The notes under the pieces: model-generated | Seen by the model: the letters and a program-made list of their open reading frames with translations, nothing else | Told to the model about the DNA's origin: nothing | Databases searched by the model: none | Translations under genes and position numbers: made by a program | Shown: positions 51,202-63,765 of the stretch, in pieces | How positions within the stretch are numbered: the stretch's first letter is position 1 | Layout of the letters: every line of letters begins with the position of its first letter | Source: Candidatus Bathyarchaeota archaeon | GTDB taxonomy: Archaea > Thermoproteota > Bathyarchaeia > Bathyarchaeales > Bathycorpusculaceae | Assembly: GCA_963770935.1 (NCBI GenBank) | Contig: CAVYRJ010000009.1 | Coordinates: forward strand, 96,001 to 160,000 | Length of the DNA: 64,000 nt | Direction: 5' to 3'

Positions 51202-54200
51202 TCACAATTTAATCAATTTTTTTAAGGCTTCTACTTCATAAGCTGCTCTAATTTTGAAAATTTTGCCTCCACGACCTCTCTCACCAGTGAATGCTCTTAC
51301 TTCAACAATGCCACAGCGTTCCAGTTCGGATATTACTTGTCCCCGATGACCTGAAAAACCGTAAACGCTGTGTTTCGAAACTTTTCCGTGGTTCACGATT
51401 TGGTTTAAGGTTCTCCACCCTGACCTCTCAGGTGGCAACCTCAGTAGCCTGTAATCTTCAATAAAAGAGTTTATTAGAAAATCGAAGACTTTCTGAGCGG
51501 CTTCAGACTTAAATTCAAATTTGGATTATACCAGTCTCAGCTTCATTTTCCATGTTCGTTGGCAACGCTGATTTAACGGTGATTGTCACTGGATTAATTT
51601 CGAACGTTTTAGTCTGACTTAGCTCATCTATGTATTCAACTCGTAGACAAAGATTGAAAATCCCAGATTTGGCAGCTTTCAAACTTAGCTTAATTGGTTC
51701 AACACTAAAGGCATCAAGATTTTTTTTCATTGTAATGAAACCGTTGTTGGGGCAACTGTAATCGGAGGTAACATTGATTACTTTGAACTCTGAAGGAACC
51801 CCTTCGAATCCAACTATTTGAGCAAGTTTCTTGGATACGTTGACGACATCGAGCCGCATGTCGAATTCTTTTCGCAAGCTCAACTTCTCTTGGAGTCAAT
51901 AATGTAGCATTTATAGTAGTGTGATCAAAACATTTTTCGAGATGATTAAATATTTTTTGGGTTACTTTAAGCTGTGCTTTTGCTTCTTGTGCCCGGCTTT
52001 GTTTTTCGAGAACCCAAGCATAATTTATTCTTATCAAAACTTCTTCCGCTGGGTTAATGCCTTTCTTGAGCCATCTGAGGCATGCTTCAAAATAATGATT
52101 CGCCTCCTCACAACGGTTCGTAGCTGCAAAGTAGACCGCCTTAGACAAACCATATCTCACGAATCCGGTTGAATTCAGAACCTCTTGTGGCAGTTGGGTA
52201 AGTTTCTCAAAATATTCTTCTGCATGCTTCAGATCTCCAATTTTACTATATAGCCTTACTATATTCGCATAGGTCATGCCTTGTATCCATTTTGAATCTG
52301 TCTGCTTAGAATATTCTAGAGCTTTCAGGCTTAGTGATAACGCCTCCAATATCTCGCCTGTTCTTTCAAGAACCCATGATGAAGAAACATTTGCCTCTGC
52401 CACCCTGTTAAAATCACCTATCTTTTCGCCGATTCTAATGGCTTCTCTGTGCATATTCAACGCCTCTATTTTGAGGAGACGATAGCCGAAGCTTTGTCCA
52501 GCTCGGTTACAAGCGTCCATCAACCCTCGAACATCTCCAAGGTCGCTGTATAAGGTAACTGCACGAAGGACTCTAGCCAATCCTTTATCAAATTTGGTTT
52601 TTGCCTTGAAACCGCCTAATCCCAACAAAGTTCGGGCAACATCCGGAAAAGAGCATGTTTCCTCAAAAACCTGTAATGCTGCTTCGAAATCTTCTTTTCC
52701 AGCCTTTTGGTTTCCTAGAAATAAAGCAGCCCTTGCCTTATTCATTAGAATACGCGCGTTTTCCAAACGGTCAATGGACGAAAGCGACTCAGCATTCTTT
52801 GTTAGTTCCAACAAATGGACAAATTCGCCTTGGAAAAAAGCCGCGTCCATAGCCCGCCTTAAAGCACGCAGTTTCATAATTCCTGTTTCAATGCTGCTGA
52901 GTTGCTCAAATGTTCTTGTTGCTTCTTTAAACATACTATTTGCAAAAAAGGCTTCACCTAGACCCTCAAGCGCCGTTGCTGTTTCGGATGCATTCTGAGA
53001 GAATTCAGAAATTATTTGCATCGCAAAAGTGAAGTGTTTGAGGGCTTCTTTATTGCTGAACTTTGCCAAGGCATCCTTGCCCGCGGCCAAAGCATACTTT
53101 ACTGATTTGTTTTTGTCTCCTGCTTGAGCAAAATGATATGCAAGGTCGCTTACTGGAAGTTCCTTGCCAATCTGGTTGTAGCTCTCAATTTTGTTGCCAA
53201 TCCTGAGATGATACTCCTTTTTCATAAGCGACGGAATTTTATCATAAAGCATTTCGCGAGACTTTGCATGATCAAACCTGTAATAATCGCCTTCGCAACT
53301 TACCAAGAGCGTTGAGTGGGCTATCGAATCTAACGATTCCAGAACATCCAAGCTGTCCTGAGAAACCACTTCAGCCACAAGTTTTGGATCAAATTTTTCA
53401 CCTATTACAGAAGCAGTTTCTAGAATTCTTCTTTGGATAGACTTTAACGATTCAAGTCTTCTCTCGATAACATCCTTAACTTTCGCAGGAATGCCCAATT
53501 TTTCAACTTTGAGCCTCCACTCACCTTTCTCTAGATCCAAGCTTCCTTGTTCATAGAGCATCCTTACTGATTCAACAACGAAAAGGGGGTTACCTCTGCT
53601 TTCGTTTGCTAGCTGCTCAACAAGGGTCAGACTAGCGTTTCCTCCAACCATGCTCTCGACTATTTGACCAACATCGGATTGACTAAGGTTAGAAAGTTTA
53701 ATCTCTTCGTAGAGACCCTCGCGACCCATTAATCGTACAGTTTCCAGAAGGGAACGAGGCTGCCCCTCAGAGTTCATAGTCAATTCTTCACTTCTGAAAG
53801 TTGCCACAATTAAGATTCTTTCAGAGTTGATGGCACGCGCAATGTAGTGAAGTAACGAAAGCGAAGCTGAATCTGCCCAGTGTATGTCATCTATGAAAAG
53901 AACTGTCGGCTTTATCGTAGAAATCATCAATAACTCTTTAGTTATAGCCGCAAATGTCTGGTCCTTCCAAATTTGAGGACTTGGACTACCCTGTTTCTCT
54001 AGAGTTCCAGTCCAACATGTTTCTGTAAGCCAACTCTTCATTCTCAACAGTTGAGAGCCAAATGCTTGTGCTTCATTGTCTGATGAGAAGGATTCGAAAG
54101 CTTCCACAAACGGAAAGTAAGGAACAGCAGCGTTACTGAGACACCATCCAGTCAACACAGTTACTTCTTTTTTTCTTGCAATATTCAGGAACTCACTAGT

Positions 54201-54347
54201 GAGTCTTGTTTTTCCGCTGCCTGCTTCACCTGAGATAAATAGTGTTGTCCCAGTGCCGTTTACAGCTGAGTCTAAACTTGACAATAGCTCCTCGAGTTCG
54301 CGTTGCCTGCCAACCATTTTTGGTTCAGCCAGTAAACCCAATTTCAA
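51202..54347 (-). CDS. STAND-like AAA ATPase with TPR repeats and C-terminal beta/wHTH-like domains; frameshifts near 51875 and 51519
   Basis: VGRQREL, GEAGSGKT, IDDIHWAD, GNPLF, TPR helices; three ORFs join in frame after removing single bases. Confidence 0.85.
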
Positions 54348-54506
54348 TGTACCCCATCTATCCTTCTACAACGAATTTCTATCCATTATAATTAGAGATC
54401 AGTATTTTAGATTTGGCAAATAAGATTCTTAACTTTTAAACAAGCTTCTATCGTCTTAACACGTTTTTTCGCAAACCATAAATGTAGAACACTCCTATTC
54501 AAAAAC

Positions 54507-55742
54507 ATGAATGATACAATGACTGATTCTGAAAAGGGCTTTAAAAAGAGACTATTTCTTCCCGTATTGGCTCTTGCCGTTTTTTCCACAGTTGTAATAG
54601 ATATTGTGTTGCCCCTACTACTAACTGATATAGCCAAATCGTTCCAAGTAACTGTTGGAACTGCAAGCACAATTGCGTCATTTTCATCAATTATCGGCGT
54701 AATTATTGGATTATTTATGGCGCTCTTAAGCGTTCGATTCAAGCACAAATATTTGTTGCTTATAGGTGTTTTATGCATTTGTATATCTGCTTTAGGAAGC
54801 TTTTTGGCGCCATCCCTTTTTGCCATGCAGATCTTTAATTCTCTAAATGCGGTAGGCTCAGTAATGGTTGCTGCATTAGCTTACTCGATATTAGGAGATT
54901 TTTATCCGATCGAAAAAAAAGGGAAAGCTATAGGCTGGATGGTAGCAGCTGGGTTCTTAGGATTCATAGTGGGAGCCCCCATGGCAGGTATAATTGCACC
55001 CATTGGTGGCTGGCGTTCAGTCATGCTTTGGTTCATTCTACCCGTTTCACTTGTGTGTCTGTTTTTAGCACTTCTTGTTCTTCCATCAAAGCCAATTGAA
55101 AACCGACACGTCGTAAGAACACCTATCTTTGCAGGCTACAGACAAGCATTATCAAACAAATCTGCCGCTGCGTGCCTTGTAGGAGTCATGTTCATTGCCG
55201 GTACAGCAACAATAACTTTCTTTGTAATCTCTTTTTGGAAAACTCAATTTGCTATGGACACGAGCACAGGAGCCGTTTTGACTATGATTAACGCTTCATC
55301 TGCGGCTCTTGGGGGCATATTTGCTGGTCGAATAGTAAATAGAACGGGGCCAAAAACTCTGGGAGTAACAACTGGCTTAGTGACTAGTACGCTTGTGGTG
55401 CTAACTGTTCTTATGCCCACCCTTTTGTCATCTTGGGTTGTGAGCGTTGTTCGGGTCTGGTTCTATGGCATGTTGGTAGCCTCGTTAGCTACCCTAACTC
55501 TTGAACAGATTCCAAAATTTCGTGGTACTATGATGTCGCTAAGAGCCGCTTTTGGCGGCGCAGGAAGCTTTCTGGGAGTCACATTGGGGGGAATATCACT
55601 GAACATGTACAACTATCAAATACTGGGAATAGTTCTAGGAGTTTTGGGTATGGCCTCGATCACAGTTATTCTCCTCTTCGCAAAAGACCCATACAAAAAT
55701 CCACCTCCACAATCTGAGTTAAAGCAACCGCAAAACTTCTGA
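54507..55742 (+). CDS. MFS transporter
   Basis: About 12 TM helices, MFS motifs (GRIVNRTGPK, RGTMMS). Confidence 0.9.
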   Translation: MNDTMTDSEKGFKKRLFLPVLALAVFSTVVIDIVLPLLLTDIAKSFQVTVGTASTIASFSSIIGVIIGLFMALLSVRFKHKYLLLIGVLCICISALGSFLAPSLFAMQIFNSLNAVGSVMVAALAYSILGDFYPIEKKGKAIGWMVAAGFLGFIVGAPMAGIIAPIGGWRSVMLWFILPVSLVCLFLALLVLPSKPIENRHVVRTPIFAGYRQALSNKSAAACLVGVMFIAGTATITFFVISFWKTQFAMDTSTGAVLTMINASSAALGGIFAGRIVNRTGPKTLGVTTGLVTSTLVVLTVLMPTLLSSWVVSVVRVWFYGMLVASLATLTLEQIPKFRGTMMSLRAAFGGAGSFLGVTLGGISLNMYNYQILGIVLGVLGMASITVILLFAKDPYKNPPPQSELKQPQNF

Positions 55743-55778
55743 ATGGATTTATGTCATCCTTACGAAAACTTTATTGCG

Positions 55779-55980
55779 ATGGAGCCAGAGAAAGCGAAAA
55801 AGAAGCTGTTAACTCTGCAGGGGATAGATGAGTACTCTAGCTGAATTGGTGATCCCTAAGACGTGTTTTCCGCTTGATGTTTGAAGCGCCAAAATCTTCT
55901 AGTACTATTCAACGGCAAAGTGTCAGAAAACCCAAGAGATGCAATACCTGCCCTTAAAGGGGCTATGGAAAAAAGAGGGA
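55779..55980 (+). pseudogene. Remnant of HhH-GPD DNA glycosylase (AlkA/OGG1-like)
   Basis: EKAKKKLLTLQGIDEYS then, shifted, ELVIPKTCFPLDV*SAKIF*; stop where FPxDVW Trp is expected; no N-terminal part. Confidence 0.55.
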
Positions 55981-56033
55981 GAAAAGAATCTGCGTCCGAC
56001 TTGATCAAAGTTTTTGATGGGGCAAGTTGGTTT

Positions 56034-56783
56034 CTATATTACTTGTCCACCATTTGGGCTGATGACTTGACCTACCATGAAGTTTGCGTCGTCAGAAGCT
56101 AAGTAGGCTACCAAAGAGGCTATCTCTCGTGGCTTGCCTAGCCTGCCGATTGGGATTTGGGTTAGCAGTTGTTTTAAAATTTCATCAGTGATTCCAGCTC
56201 CCGATAACATGGGTGTTTCGATGTATCCCGGAGCTATTGCATTGACGTTTATGCCTTGGGAGATAACTTCTCTTGCCACGGCATGTGTGTACCCCATTAT
56301 TCCGCCTTTTGCAGCTGAATAATGCGCGGCGCCCAAGCAACCGGTTATACCGCAAATCGATGCAATGTTTATGATTTTGCCTGATTTGTTTTTAAGCATT
56401 ATTTTGAGGGCTTCGCGGGTGCAATTCATAGTGCCATATAGATGGACCCCGAGCATCTTATTCCAAACATCATCCTTCATGTCAACCGCCGAGGCGAAGT
56501 TGCCAATTCCAGCGTTGTTTACTAATATGTCTAATGTGGAGAATTCTGTGATGGCTTTTTCAAACATGTTTTTTACAGCCATGCTGCTTGAAACATCACC
56601 GTCTAAAGCTATAGCTCTTCTACCGAGTGCTTGTACCTCTTTCACTACTTCTTGAGCTTCAGCGGGATTTACAACATAGTTTACAACGATATCTGCGCCT
56701 TCTTCGGCTAAATAGAGCGATACTGCTTTGCCTATTCCTGAGTTAGCGCCAGTGACCAAAGCAATTTTTCCTAACAATTTCAT
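56034..56783 (-). CDS. SDR family oxidoreductase (FabG-like)
   Basis: TGANSGIG, NNAG, YSAAK, PG, NGG. Confidence 0.92.
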   Translation of the reverse strand: MKLLGKIALVTGANSGIGKAVSLYLAEEGADIVVNYVVNPAEAQEVVKEVQALGRRAIALDGDVSSSMAVKNMFEKAITEFSTLDILVNNAGIGNFASAVDMKDDVWNKMLGVHLYGTMNCTREALKIMLKNKSGKIINIASICGITGCLGAAHYSAAKGGIMGYTHAVAREVISQGINVNAIAPGYIETPMLSGAGITDEILKQLLTQIPIGRLGKPREIASLVAYLASDDANFMVGQVISPNGGQVI

Positions 56784-57090
56784 CTTCTCAAAACCTAATT
56801 AAATACAAACAAATCGTTATCGATAAACACTTCGGATTCTTAGTTAATTACCAATTTTGCCAATTGTTGTTGTATCAAGCCATCCACATACCCTTAAAGC
56901 AGTAGCTACAATAATTTTATTGATGTTATTAATTGAGTGAGCTGACTGTTGTAATTAGATTGGAGTTCTGGTGTTGACTGCTATGTTATATTCTGAATAT
57001 TTCAGATGGAACTGTTTTTCTGCCATCAAATGCCCTGGATCACTTGCAGAATTATTCGAATTTAAGAAACAATCTATCGGAGGAGCTTAG

Positions 57091-57480
57091 ATGAACGAAG
57101 AAAAAAAACGAATTCTTGTAGTTGATGATGACATTAATATTTTAAGAGTTTTTAAGCGAATTTTAGAAAAAGAAGGCTATATCGTTGAGACAGCTGATAC
57201 GGGTAAGGATGCTCTTGAAAAAATCTTAAACGAAAAGTTCAGCGTATGCTTAATTGACGTAAGGCTCCCTGATATGGACGGAACAGAGCTTCTCTGTAAG
57301 ATGGCAAATGACTCGAAAACCATCAAAATTATTGTCACTGGTTTCTCCACTGAAGAAGTAGGGAAAAAAGCTGCCGATTATGGAGCAGACGACTTTTTGG
57401 TTAAGCCGGTTAAAGCTGAAGAACTCATAGCTACAGTACGAGATAGGTTAGAAACTAAAGAAATAGAAAGTCAAATTTAG
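57091..57480 (+). CDS. Stand-alone response regulator receiver domain
   Basis: ILVVDDD, D..LPDMDG, TG, KP. Confidence 0.93.
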   Translation: MNEEKKRILVVDDDINILRVFKRILEKEGYIVETADTGKDALEKILNEKFSVCLIDVRLPDMDGTELLCKMANDSKTIKIIVTGFSTEEVGKKAADYGADDFLVKPVKAEELIATVRDRLETKEIESQI

Positions 57481-57727
57481 TGCAAAGTATTTTTTCTTAA
57501 ACTACAGTTTTTAATTTTCACTTATGGGTCTGCCTAAATATTCTAGCTTATCTCCATTGTGTCTCAACCACTATAAACAGGGTTTTCATAAAGCAACCAA
57601 ATACATATGAAAACACAACCAAACAAGTAGCACCAAGACTGAGGGCTGTTTCCTCACAAAAAGAAAAATGAATATCTATTCATAAATTTTAAAAGCAGAG
57701 ACATCAAATAAACAGTTCATTACAAAT

Positions 57728-58339
57728 ATGGGTGTAACAATGGGTTTTCTCAAAAAATTTACAAAAAAGCTTACTGCCCCTGAGGCATCTGTCCAATTAA
57801 GGTTTGCAAGTTACTCTGTTGCTTTAGGCGAAAACCTTCAAGGTGCACTCAACGTAGCGGCAAAAGAAGACTTTGAAGCCACAGAGGTCCGCTGCGAAAT
57901 TGCCTGTGTCGAACAAGCTAAGGTTATTCGGGAAGTCTATGATGCTGCACTGAAGAGGTCAATTCCCCGAGTTGTTGATGAATCGGTTGTTATTTACTGC
58001 GCAAAGCCGACGTTCTCGGGGCCTTCACACTTTGCAAACGGCGAAAACCGCTCTATCCCAATCACCATAAACATCCCTGCTGGCGCAAGACCAACAACCG
58101 CAGGCGTAGATAGACGAGTTACATGGACAATTAAAGGTGTCGTTGCAGTAGACGGCAGACCCGATAGAACAACAGAAACAAGCGAAATCCAGGTAATAAC
58201 ACCAACTATCCTAGCTCAGGCTACAGTGCAAAAAGAAGTAATCCGCACAGTCGTTATGATTCCATGCAGATACTGCCAAGGACTCATGGATCAGATGCTA
58301 ACAGTCTGCCCCAACTGCGGCGCAAAAAGAACCGTATAA
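57728..58339 (+). CDS. Arrestin/SpoOM-like beta-sandwich protein with C-terminal zinc ribbon
   Basis: GENLQG.L.V, P.TI.IP....PT, W.IK.V..V.GRPD, CRYC...CPNC. Confidence 0.6.
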   Translation: MGVTMGFLKKFTKKLTAPEASVQLRFASYSVALGENLQGALNVAAKEDFEATEVRCEIACVEQAKVIREVYDAALKRSIPRVVDESVVIYCAKPTFSGPSHFANGENRSIPITINIPAGARPTTAGVDRRVTWTIKGVVAVDGRPDRTTETSEIQVITPTILAQATVQKEVIRTVVMIPCRYCQGLMDQMLTVCPNCGAKRTV

Positions 58340-58484
58340 GAAGAAAACTACGCCTTTACTTCTTTTTGAAGCACTATTGAAACAGAGTGTTAATTCCCAG
58401 ATTAAAAAGCGTACCGGCAAAAATTATAGAAACGACTGATTAAATTTGAAAACAAAAAAAGGAGAATTGTTGGTTGATGATTTT

Positions 58485-61014
58485 TTATTGTCGCTTCCTA
58501 AGAATAAGCAATCCTAGTATGGCGATAGCTATGATTATAGCTACTCCTGTGCCTAGGATGTACATTTCTGTCGGAGGCAAAGCTACTGTTGGCTGTGCTG
58601 TTGGCGTGGGTGCTGCGTCGTTTACGACGAAGGCTGTTTCTGCGTGTGATGGCCAGTATGATTCTGAGCCTTGGAAGGTGGCGATTACTGTGTATTTGCC
58701 TACTATGTCAGGTATCCAGTTGAAGCTGTAGAAACCGTTTGCATCGCTAGTTGTTTTGCCTATGTTTCTGAAGTTACCGTTTGAGTCCCAAACATCAAGT
58801 GAGACTTCAACGCCAGTGGTGTCTGTAGGTAAAGGCTGCTGCATATACACGTATTCCATCCACTTTGTCATGCTCTCATCGGATACAGCTGGAACACCGT
58901 TGGGGAAACGAGCTGTTTGACGGTAATTTTCTGTACCAGCTGATATGTCAGTTACACTGCCTTCTATCAATACGCCGTCGCCATCGACTGAGACTTTTGG
59001 AGAAGCTGAAACTGTCAGGGCGGTTGGACCTTTACCGAAAGAGTATACTCTGCCGTCGTATGCGTTGTATGATGTGTATTGACCATCTGCAATTGCAAAG
59101 TCTACCCACCAGCCCTGTACAGTCCATACCGCTTTTCCAGTTGTTGCGTTAATTACGTGTAGTCGTTCGCCTCTGTACATTGGATCGTTGGGAGAATGTT
59201 CACCTGTCGCTGCAAATATTTTGCCGTCACCAACGCCCATTCCTTGGTAAATACCGAGGAAGAACGGGTACGAACCGTACGGAGTTACAAGTCCAGAGTC
59301 ACCAGAACGGTACTGCCATAGTAAGTCTCCAGTTGCAAGGTCATATGCCATTATGTATCCGTCGTATGCACCAACGTACAATTTGCCGTATGCGCTATCC
59401 ATGGGCCAGCCGGAAGTGTAAACTCCCCAGTCACTGATGTTGCGTGTTGGAGTGTAGTATTTGACTTGTCCATTGTTGTTTATGTCTAAAGCTAATACCT
59501 GCATTGTTTCTTTCTTGTAGTTGAGATAGACTCCAGCTTCGCTGTCTAAGTGTGTTCCTCCGCCGCCTCGCCATATGCTTGGGTCTTCAATCAACTGGTG
59601 GTTTGTTTGCCACATAACTTTACCGTCACTGCATCTTATGCCTGCAAGGTAAACTGTTGCTGGTGCGGTAGTTGTGTTCACTGACCTGGCAACAATCCAA
59701 TTTCCATCACATTCGCCACCGTTAGTGCCAATATTATAATCAGCTGCCAAGAATTGACCTGCTGTGTTTTGCGGTCTAGGTACCGCTACATTGTAAACCA
59801 TTCCAAGAGTTCCGTTGTAGGGAGTTGTCCTTGAGGGTGACCATGAGGTTTGGGTTCCTGTGGGTTTTACAGTTTCATAGAAGCTCCATTTTGTGAGATT
59901 ACCTGAGGCAAAGGCGTATATGTTGAAGTCGTTAGTTGTGCCCACTGGGTTTACAACTGATATTACGGCACCTCCAGATGGTGCATTGGTGATGTTAAAG
60001 ACGTTTTCTCCATTCCGTAGGATCCCAGAAGCTCATATTAGTGCCGCTGCGTGATACAAGGAAATCGATGGTTCCGTGTGCATTTTCCCAGTTATTTGCG
60101 AAGGAAAAAGCAAAGTTTAGCGTGTAATCACTTCTTCTGAATAGTTCTTTACCAGTGGCTAAGTCATAGCAGACATATCCTAGTGTCGTTTGAGGTCCAA
60201 CTCTTGTGTTGGTATAGAGTTTTCCATTAAGCACTATTGGTTGGAATTTGCTTTGGTAGGATTCTCCTGTGTAGTAGTCACTTTCACCCATTTCGCCTCC
60301 AACTATACCTCCGTTTTCAAACACGTTTGCCCACAGTATGTGAGCAGTGTTTGGAGCCGTTCCGTATGGTTGGAAGTTAGTCCAGTATCTTCCTTGCGAG
60401 CTACTCATTCCCATCCTTAGCCAGTTGCTTGTAAGACCTGCCCAAGCTTGGTTCGAAGGGTCGATAGGGCGAGTCCAATATTCAGCTGGCAGCGGATTTT
60501 CAACCCAAGCTTGTATGGGTTCTTGCTGAACTTCAAAGGTTACAGTTCTACTCTGTGCGGGTTTGAAAGCTACGTTAGATTTGAAAAACTCAACGTTTGC
60601 ATATGACTCACCAGGGTAGTAAGCTGAGATAGTGTAGGTGCCAATTTTAGTTGGTACATAGTTGAAGCTATTTCCGCCTAGAGAGTCAGTTTCGCGGAAC
60701 GTTCTATTCTCAACGATACCATCAGGGTCTATGATAGTAACGACGAAGTTGTGGTAACGCGGGAATCGAAGTATTCCTGCACCTGCACTGAGGTTTTGCG
60801 AGATGAAGTTGGTCGGGAGCATGTTAGACCAGGCGACAATCTGCATTGATTGGCCAACACCAATTTTGCCAGGAGCTGCTGCAATGAATAGCGAAAATTG
60901 CCTTTCAGTTACTTGAGAATTGGCTAGTGGTATGGGAATAATTATCATCGAAGTCATAAGAAGTATTGTCAAAGTAATCCATAGAGTTTTCTTAGATTTA
61001 TTTTCTATATTCAT
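58485..61014 (-). CDS. Second PQQ-like beta-propeller surface protein, +1 frameshift near 60016
   Basis: Paralog of 36990-39828 (PLP..YW.RPI, AHILW, GVPAVSD.SM..WMEY, TM + RKR). Confidence 0.85.
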
Positions 61015-61299
61015 TTTTTTTCTTTCCTTTTGTTTATTTGACAAGCAATCTTCAGAGAGGTTGCTTGCCAACCAAAAAGAATTGTTTTAAAGCTATATAT
61101 ATGTAGTTAAAGCAATTTTCGCCAAATTATTTTTTTGAGGAAAAATTAATGATTAATATGAGAGCATAAACTCATCGACAACGGAATTTCTGCTAAAACC
61201 ACTAAATACCAAGTTATAGCACAAAATATAGAAAACACTGAGCAGTTAAATTTCGGGTTAGGGTCCTAAAGATTCCACAAAGTTGGCTATTGCTTAACG

Positions 61300-62711
61300 T
61301 TATATTTTGTCAAGATTGAATTCTTCGTGTATCGCCCGGACAACTGCTACTCCGTCTTTTTCTTTGACGACGAATGAGATGTTTAGTTCTGAGCTGCCTT
61401 GTGCAATCATGCGAATGTTTATGCCTTTTTTGGCGACAGTGCTGAATATTCTTGATGCCACACCCAGCGTGCCTTTCATGTTTGCGCCCATAACAGCGAT
61501 TACTGCAACGTCGTCTTCAGCTGAGACTTCGCTGACTATTCCGCCTCGCTCCAGCAAAGCGATTTCTAGGTTGCTAATAGCTCTGCCCAAGAAGACCGCG
61601 TTTGACAATCATTGAGATATTGGCTTCCGAGGCGGCTGTGGATATCATCATAACGTTGATGTTGTTTTTGCCTAAGACGTCGAAGACTTTGGCGTAGCTT
61701 CCTGGTGCCCCAACCATTCCTGCACCGTTAACGTTGAGCATGGCAACATCCTTTATCATGGCAACTGCTTTCACTGCTTCAGTTACTTTTGCGTTGGGTT
61801 CCTTTGTTATAAGTGTACCAAGGTTTTCTGGATGGAATATGCTACGGATTCTAACAGGGATGTTTTCTTTGATGACAGGCTCTAAAGCTCGTGGATGCAT
61901 GGCTTTTGCGCCGAAAATCGCCATTTCAGCCGCTTCTTGATAGCTAAGTTGCGGCAGCATTCGGGCGGACGACCACTATCTTTGGGTCAGTGGTCATTAT
62001 GCCGTCAACGTCTGTCCAAATCCACACTTCGTCAACCTGCAGTGCCACGCCAAGGATGGTAGCAGTATAGTCGGAGCCACCGCGTCCAACAGTAGTAACT
62101 ATGCCATCTTGGTTTGCCGCGATAAATCCAGTTACAACTGGGATAACGCCTCTTTCCAGCAGTGGAGATAGCCTTTCACGGATCAGATGAGTGGTGAAGT
62201 TCATGAGCGGGTCGGCTTCGCCAAAGTTCGAGTCGGTGACTATGCCTGCTTCTTTGCCCGAGAAAAACTGCGTTTCAAATTTAAGGTCTTTTATGGCGCC
62301 CCAAACAATGGGCGCAGATAACCGTTCGCCGAAGGATACAACATAGTCTTTGGATTTAGGTGTGAGTTCGCCAACGTAGCATATGCCTGTTAAGACTTTT
62401 TCGAGCTCAGCTATGGTTTTCTCGATGATTTGGGTGACTTCTTTTTGAATTTGTTTGCTTTTGATGGCTGTTGAAAGGGTTTCGGTGTGTTTCTTTAAAA
62501 GTTCGGCCGTGAAGGTTTGGATTCGTTTTTCATCGCTTTTTTTGGCTTGGCAAGCAACTTCAATGAGACTGTTTGTGACTCCTGCCAATGCTGAAACAAC
62601 AACGGCTACCTTGTTATCTTTCTTGGCATATTTGGTAACTAAATCGGCAACATAGCGTATGTTTTCGCCTGTGCCAACGCTGGTTCCGCCGAACTTCATG
62701 ACGATTTTCAT
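61300..62711 (-). CDS. lysC: Aspartate kinase (Thr pathway), frameshifts near 61973 and 61586
   Basis: MKFGGTS, GERLS, GRGGSDYTA, two ACT domains, QGSSE; three ORF pieces join. Confidence 0.92.
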
Positions 62712-62713
62712 TT

Positions 62714-63757
62714 TTAGGACTCCGGGTTATTATTTAGCAGTCGGTTTGCTAACTTATGTCTTATGTCTAAGAGGTCTCTTAAAACTGCGCTGGCAGTCTC
62801 TACGCCACCTGCACCTCTGCCGACAAGGGTTTGTTCACCTGCAAATTCGGTAGAAAAGGTTACAGCGTTTAAAACTCCGCTGACGCACAACGGGTTGGTT
62901 TTCGGTATTTCCGTTGGCTTCACGGTTGTTCTGTCGCCATCTATTGCGCCGATAAGTTTGATTGTGTTGCCCCTCTTTGAAGCTTCATCAAGCGCTTGCA
63001 AAGAGACATCACGAATGCCTGTTCTATCTACGTCTTTTAGGGTTATTTTTTTGTTCAATATCCAGTTCGCCAAAATGACCACTTTGCAGGCGGTATCAAA
63101 CCCGTCAATATCCATAGATGGCTCTCTCTCGGCGTAACCGAGCTTCTGCGCATTTGACAGGGCTTCTTGGAAAGTCACTCGGTTTTGAGACATTTCAGTT
63201 AGTATATAGTTAGTTGTACCGTTTAGTATGCCTTGTATGGCAAGGATTCTGTCTCCTGCAAGGCACCGTTTGGCGAACTCAAGCATAGGGGTTCCGCCGC
63301 CGACTGTGCCGCTGAACCTTAGGTAAACGTTGTTGTACTCGGCGAGTTCGGTGAGTGCTGGCATGGCTAAGGCTAAGGGTCCTTTGTTTGTGGTGACCAC
63401 GTGTTTGCCTGTTTTGAAGGCTTTAGTGATGTGTGAAAGGGCTGGTTCACCGTTTTTGATGTTAACAGGCGTGACTTCAACAACCACTTCTGCTTCAACA
63501 GACTCAATAACATCTAGCGCTGTCATTCTTGGGTGCCCAAAATCCGGGTCTGCGGATATTGGATAACCTCGTTGCTTAATGGCTTCTAGTTTTTCCGTGC
63601 TTAGACCTCTTGGATCTATTACTGCGCCGTCAATGTCGGCGATGGCAACGATTTTTGGGTTAAACCCGTAATCCTTAACCTTTTCGACATATCTTCGTGC
63701 AAGAATGGTAGTTACGCCCTTCCCGACCACGCCATAGCCAACTAAGATTATCCTCAT
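62714..63757 (-). CDS. hom: Homoserine dehydrogenase
   Basis: GYGVVG, VVTTNKG, TVGGG.P, GILNGTTN, GYAE, GRGAGG..TA. Confidence 0.95.
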   Translation of the reverse strand: MRIILVGYGVVGKGVTTILARRYVEKVKDYGFNPKIVAIADIDGAVIDPRGLSTEKLEAIKQRGYPISADPDFGHPRMTALDVIESVEAEVVVEVTPVNIKNGEPALSHITKAFKTGKHVVTTNKGPLALAMPALTELAEYNNVYLRFSGTVGGGTPMLEFAKRCLAGDRILAIQGILNGTTNYILTEMSQNRVTFQEALSNAQKLGYAEREPSMDIDGFDTACKVVILANWILNKKITLKDVDRTGIRDVSLQALDEASKRGNTIKLIGAIDGDRTTVKPTEIPKTNPLCVSGVLNAVTFSTEFAGEQTLVGRGAGGVETASAVLRDLLDIRHKLANRLLNNNPES

Positions 63758-63765
63758 GTTCTATT

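Noticed and set aside
1230-61980. Programmed frameshifting or mass pseudogenisation
   Set aside because: No common slippery sequence; both halves of each gene are intact; best explained as sequence error.
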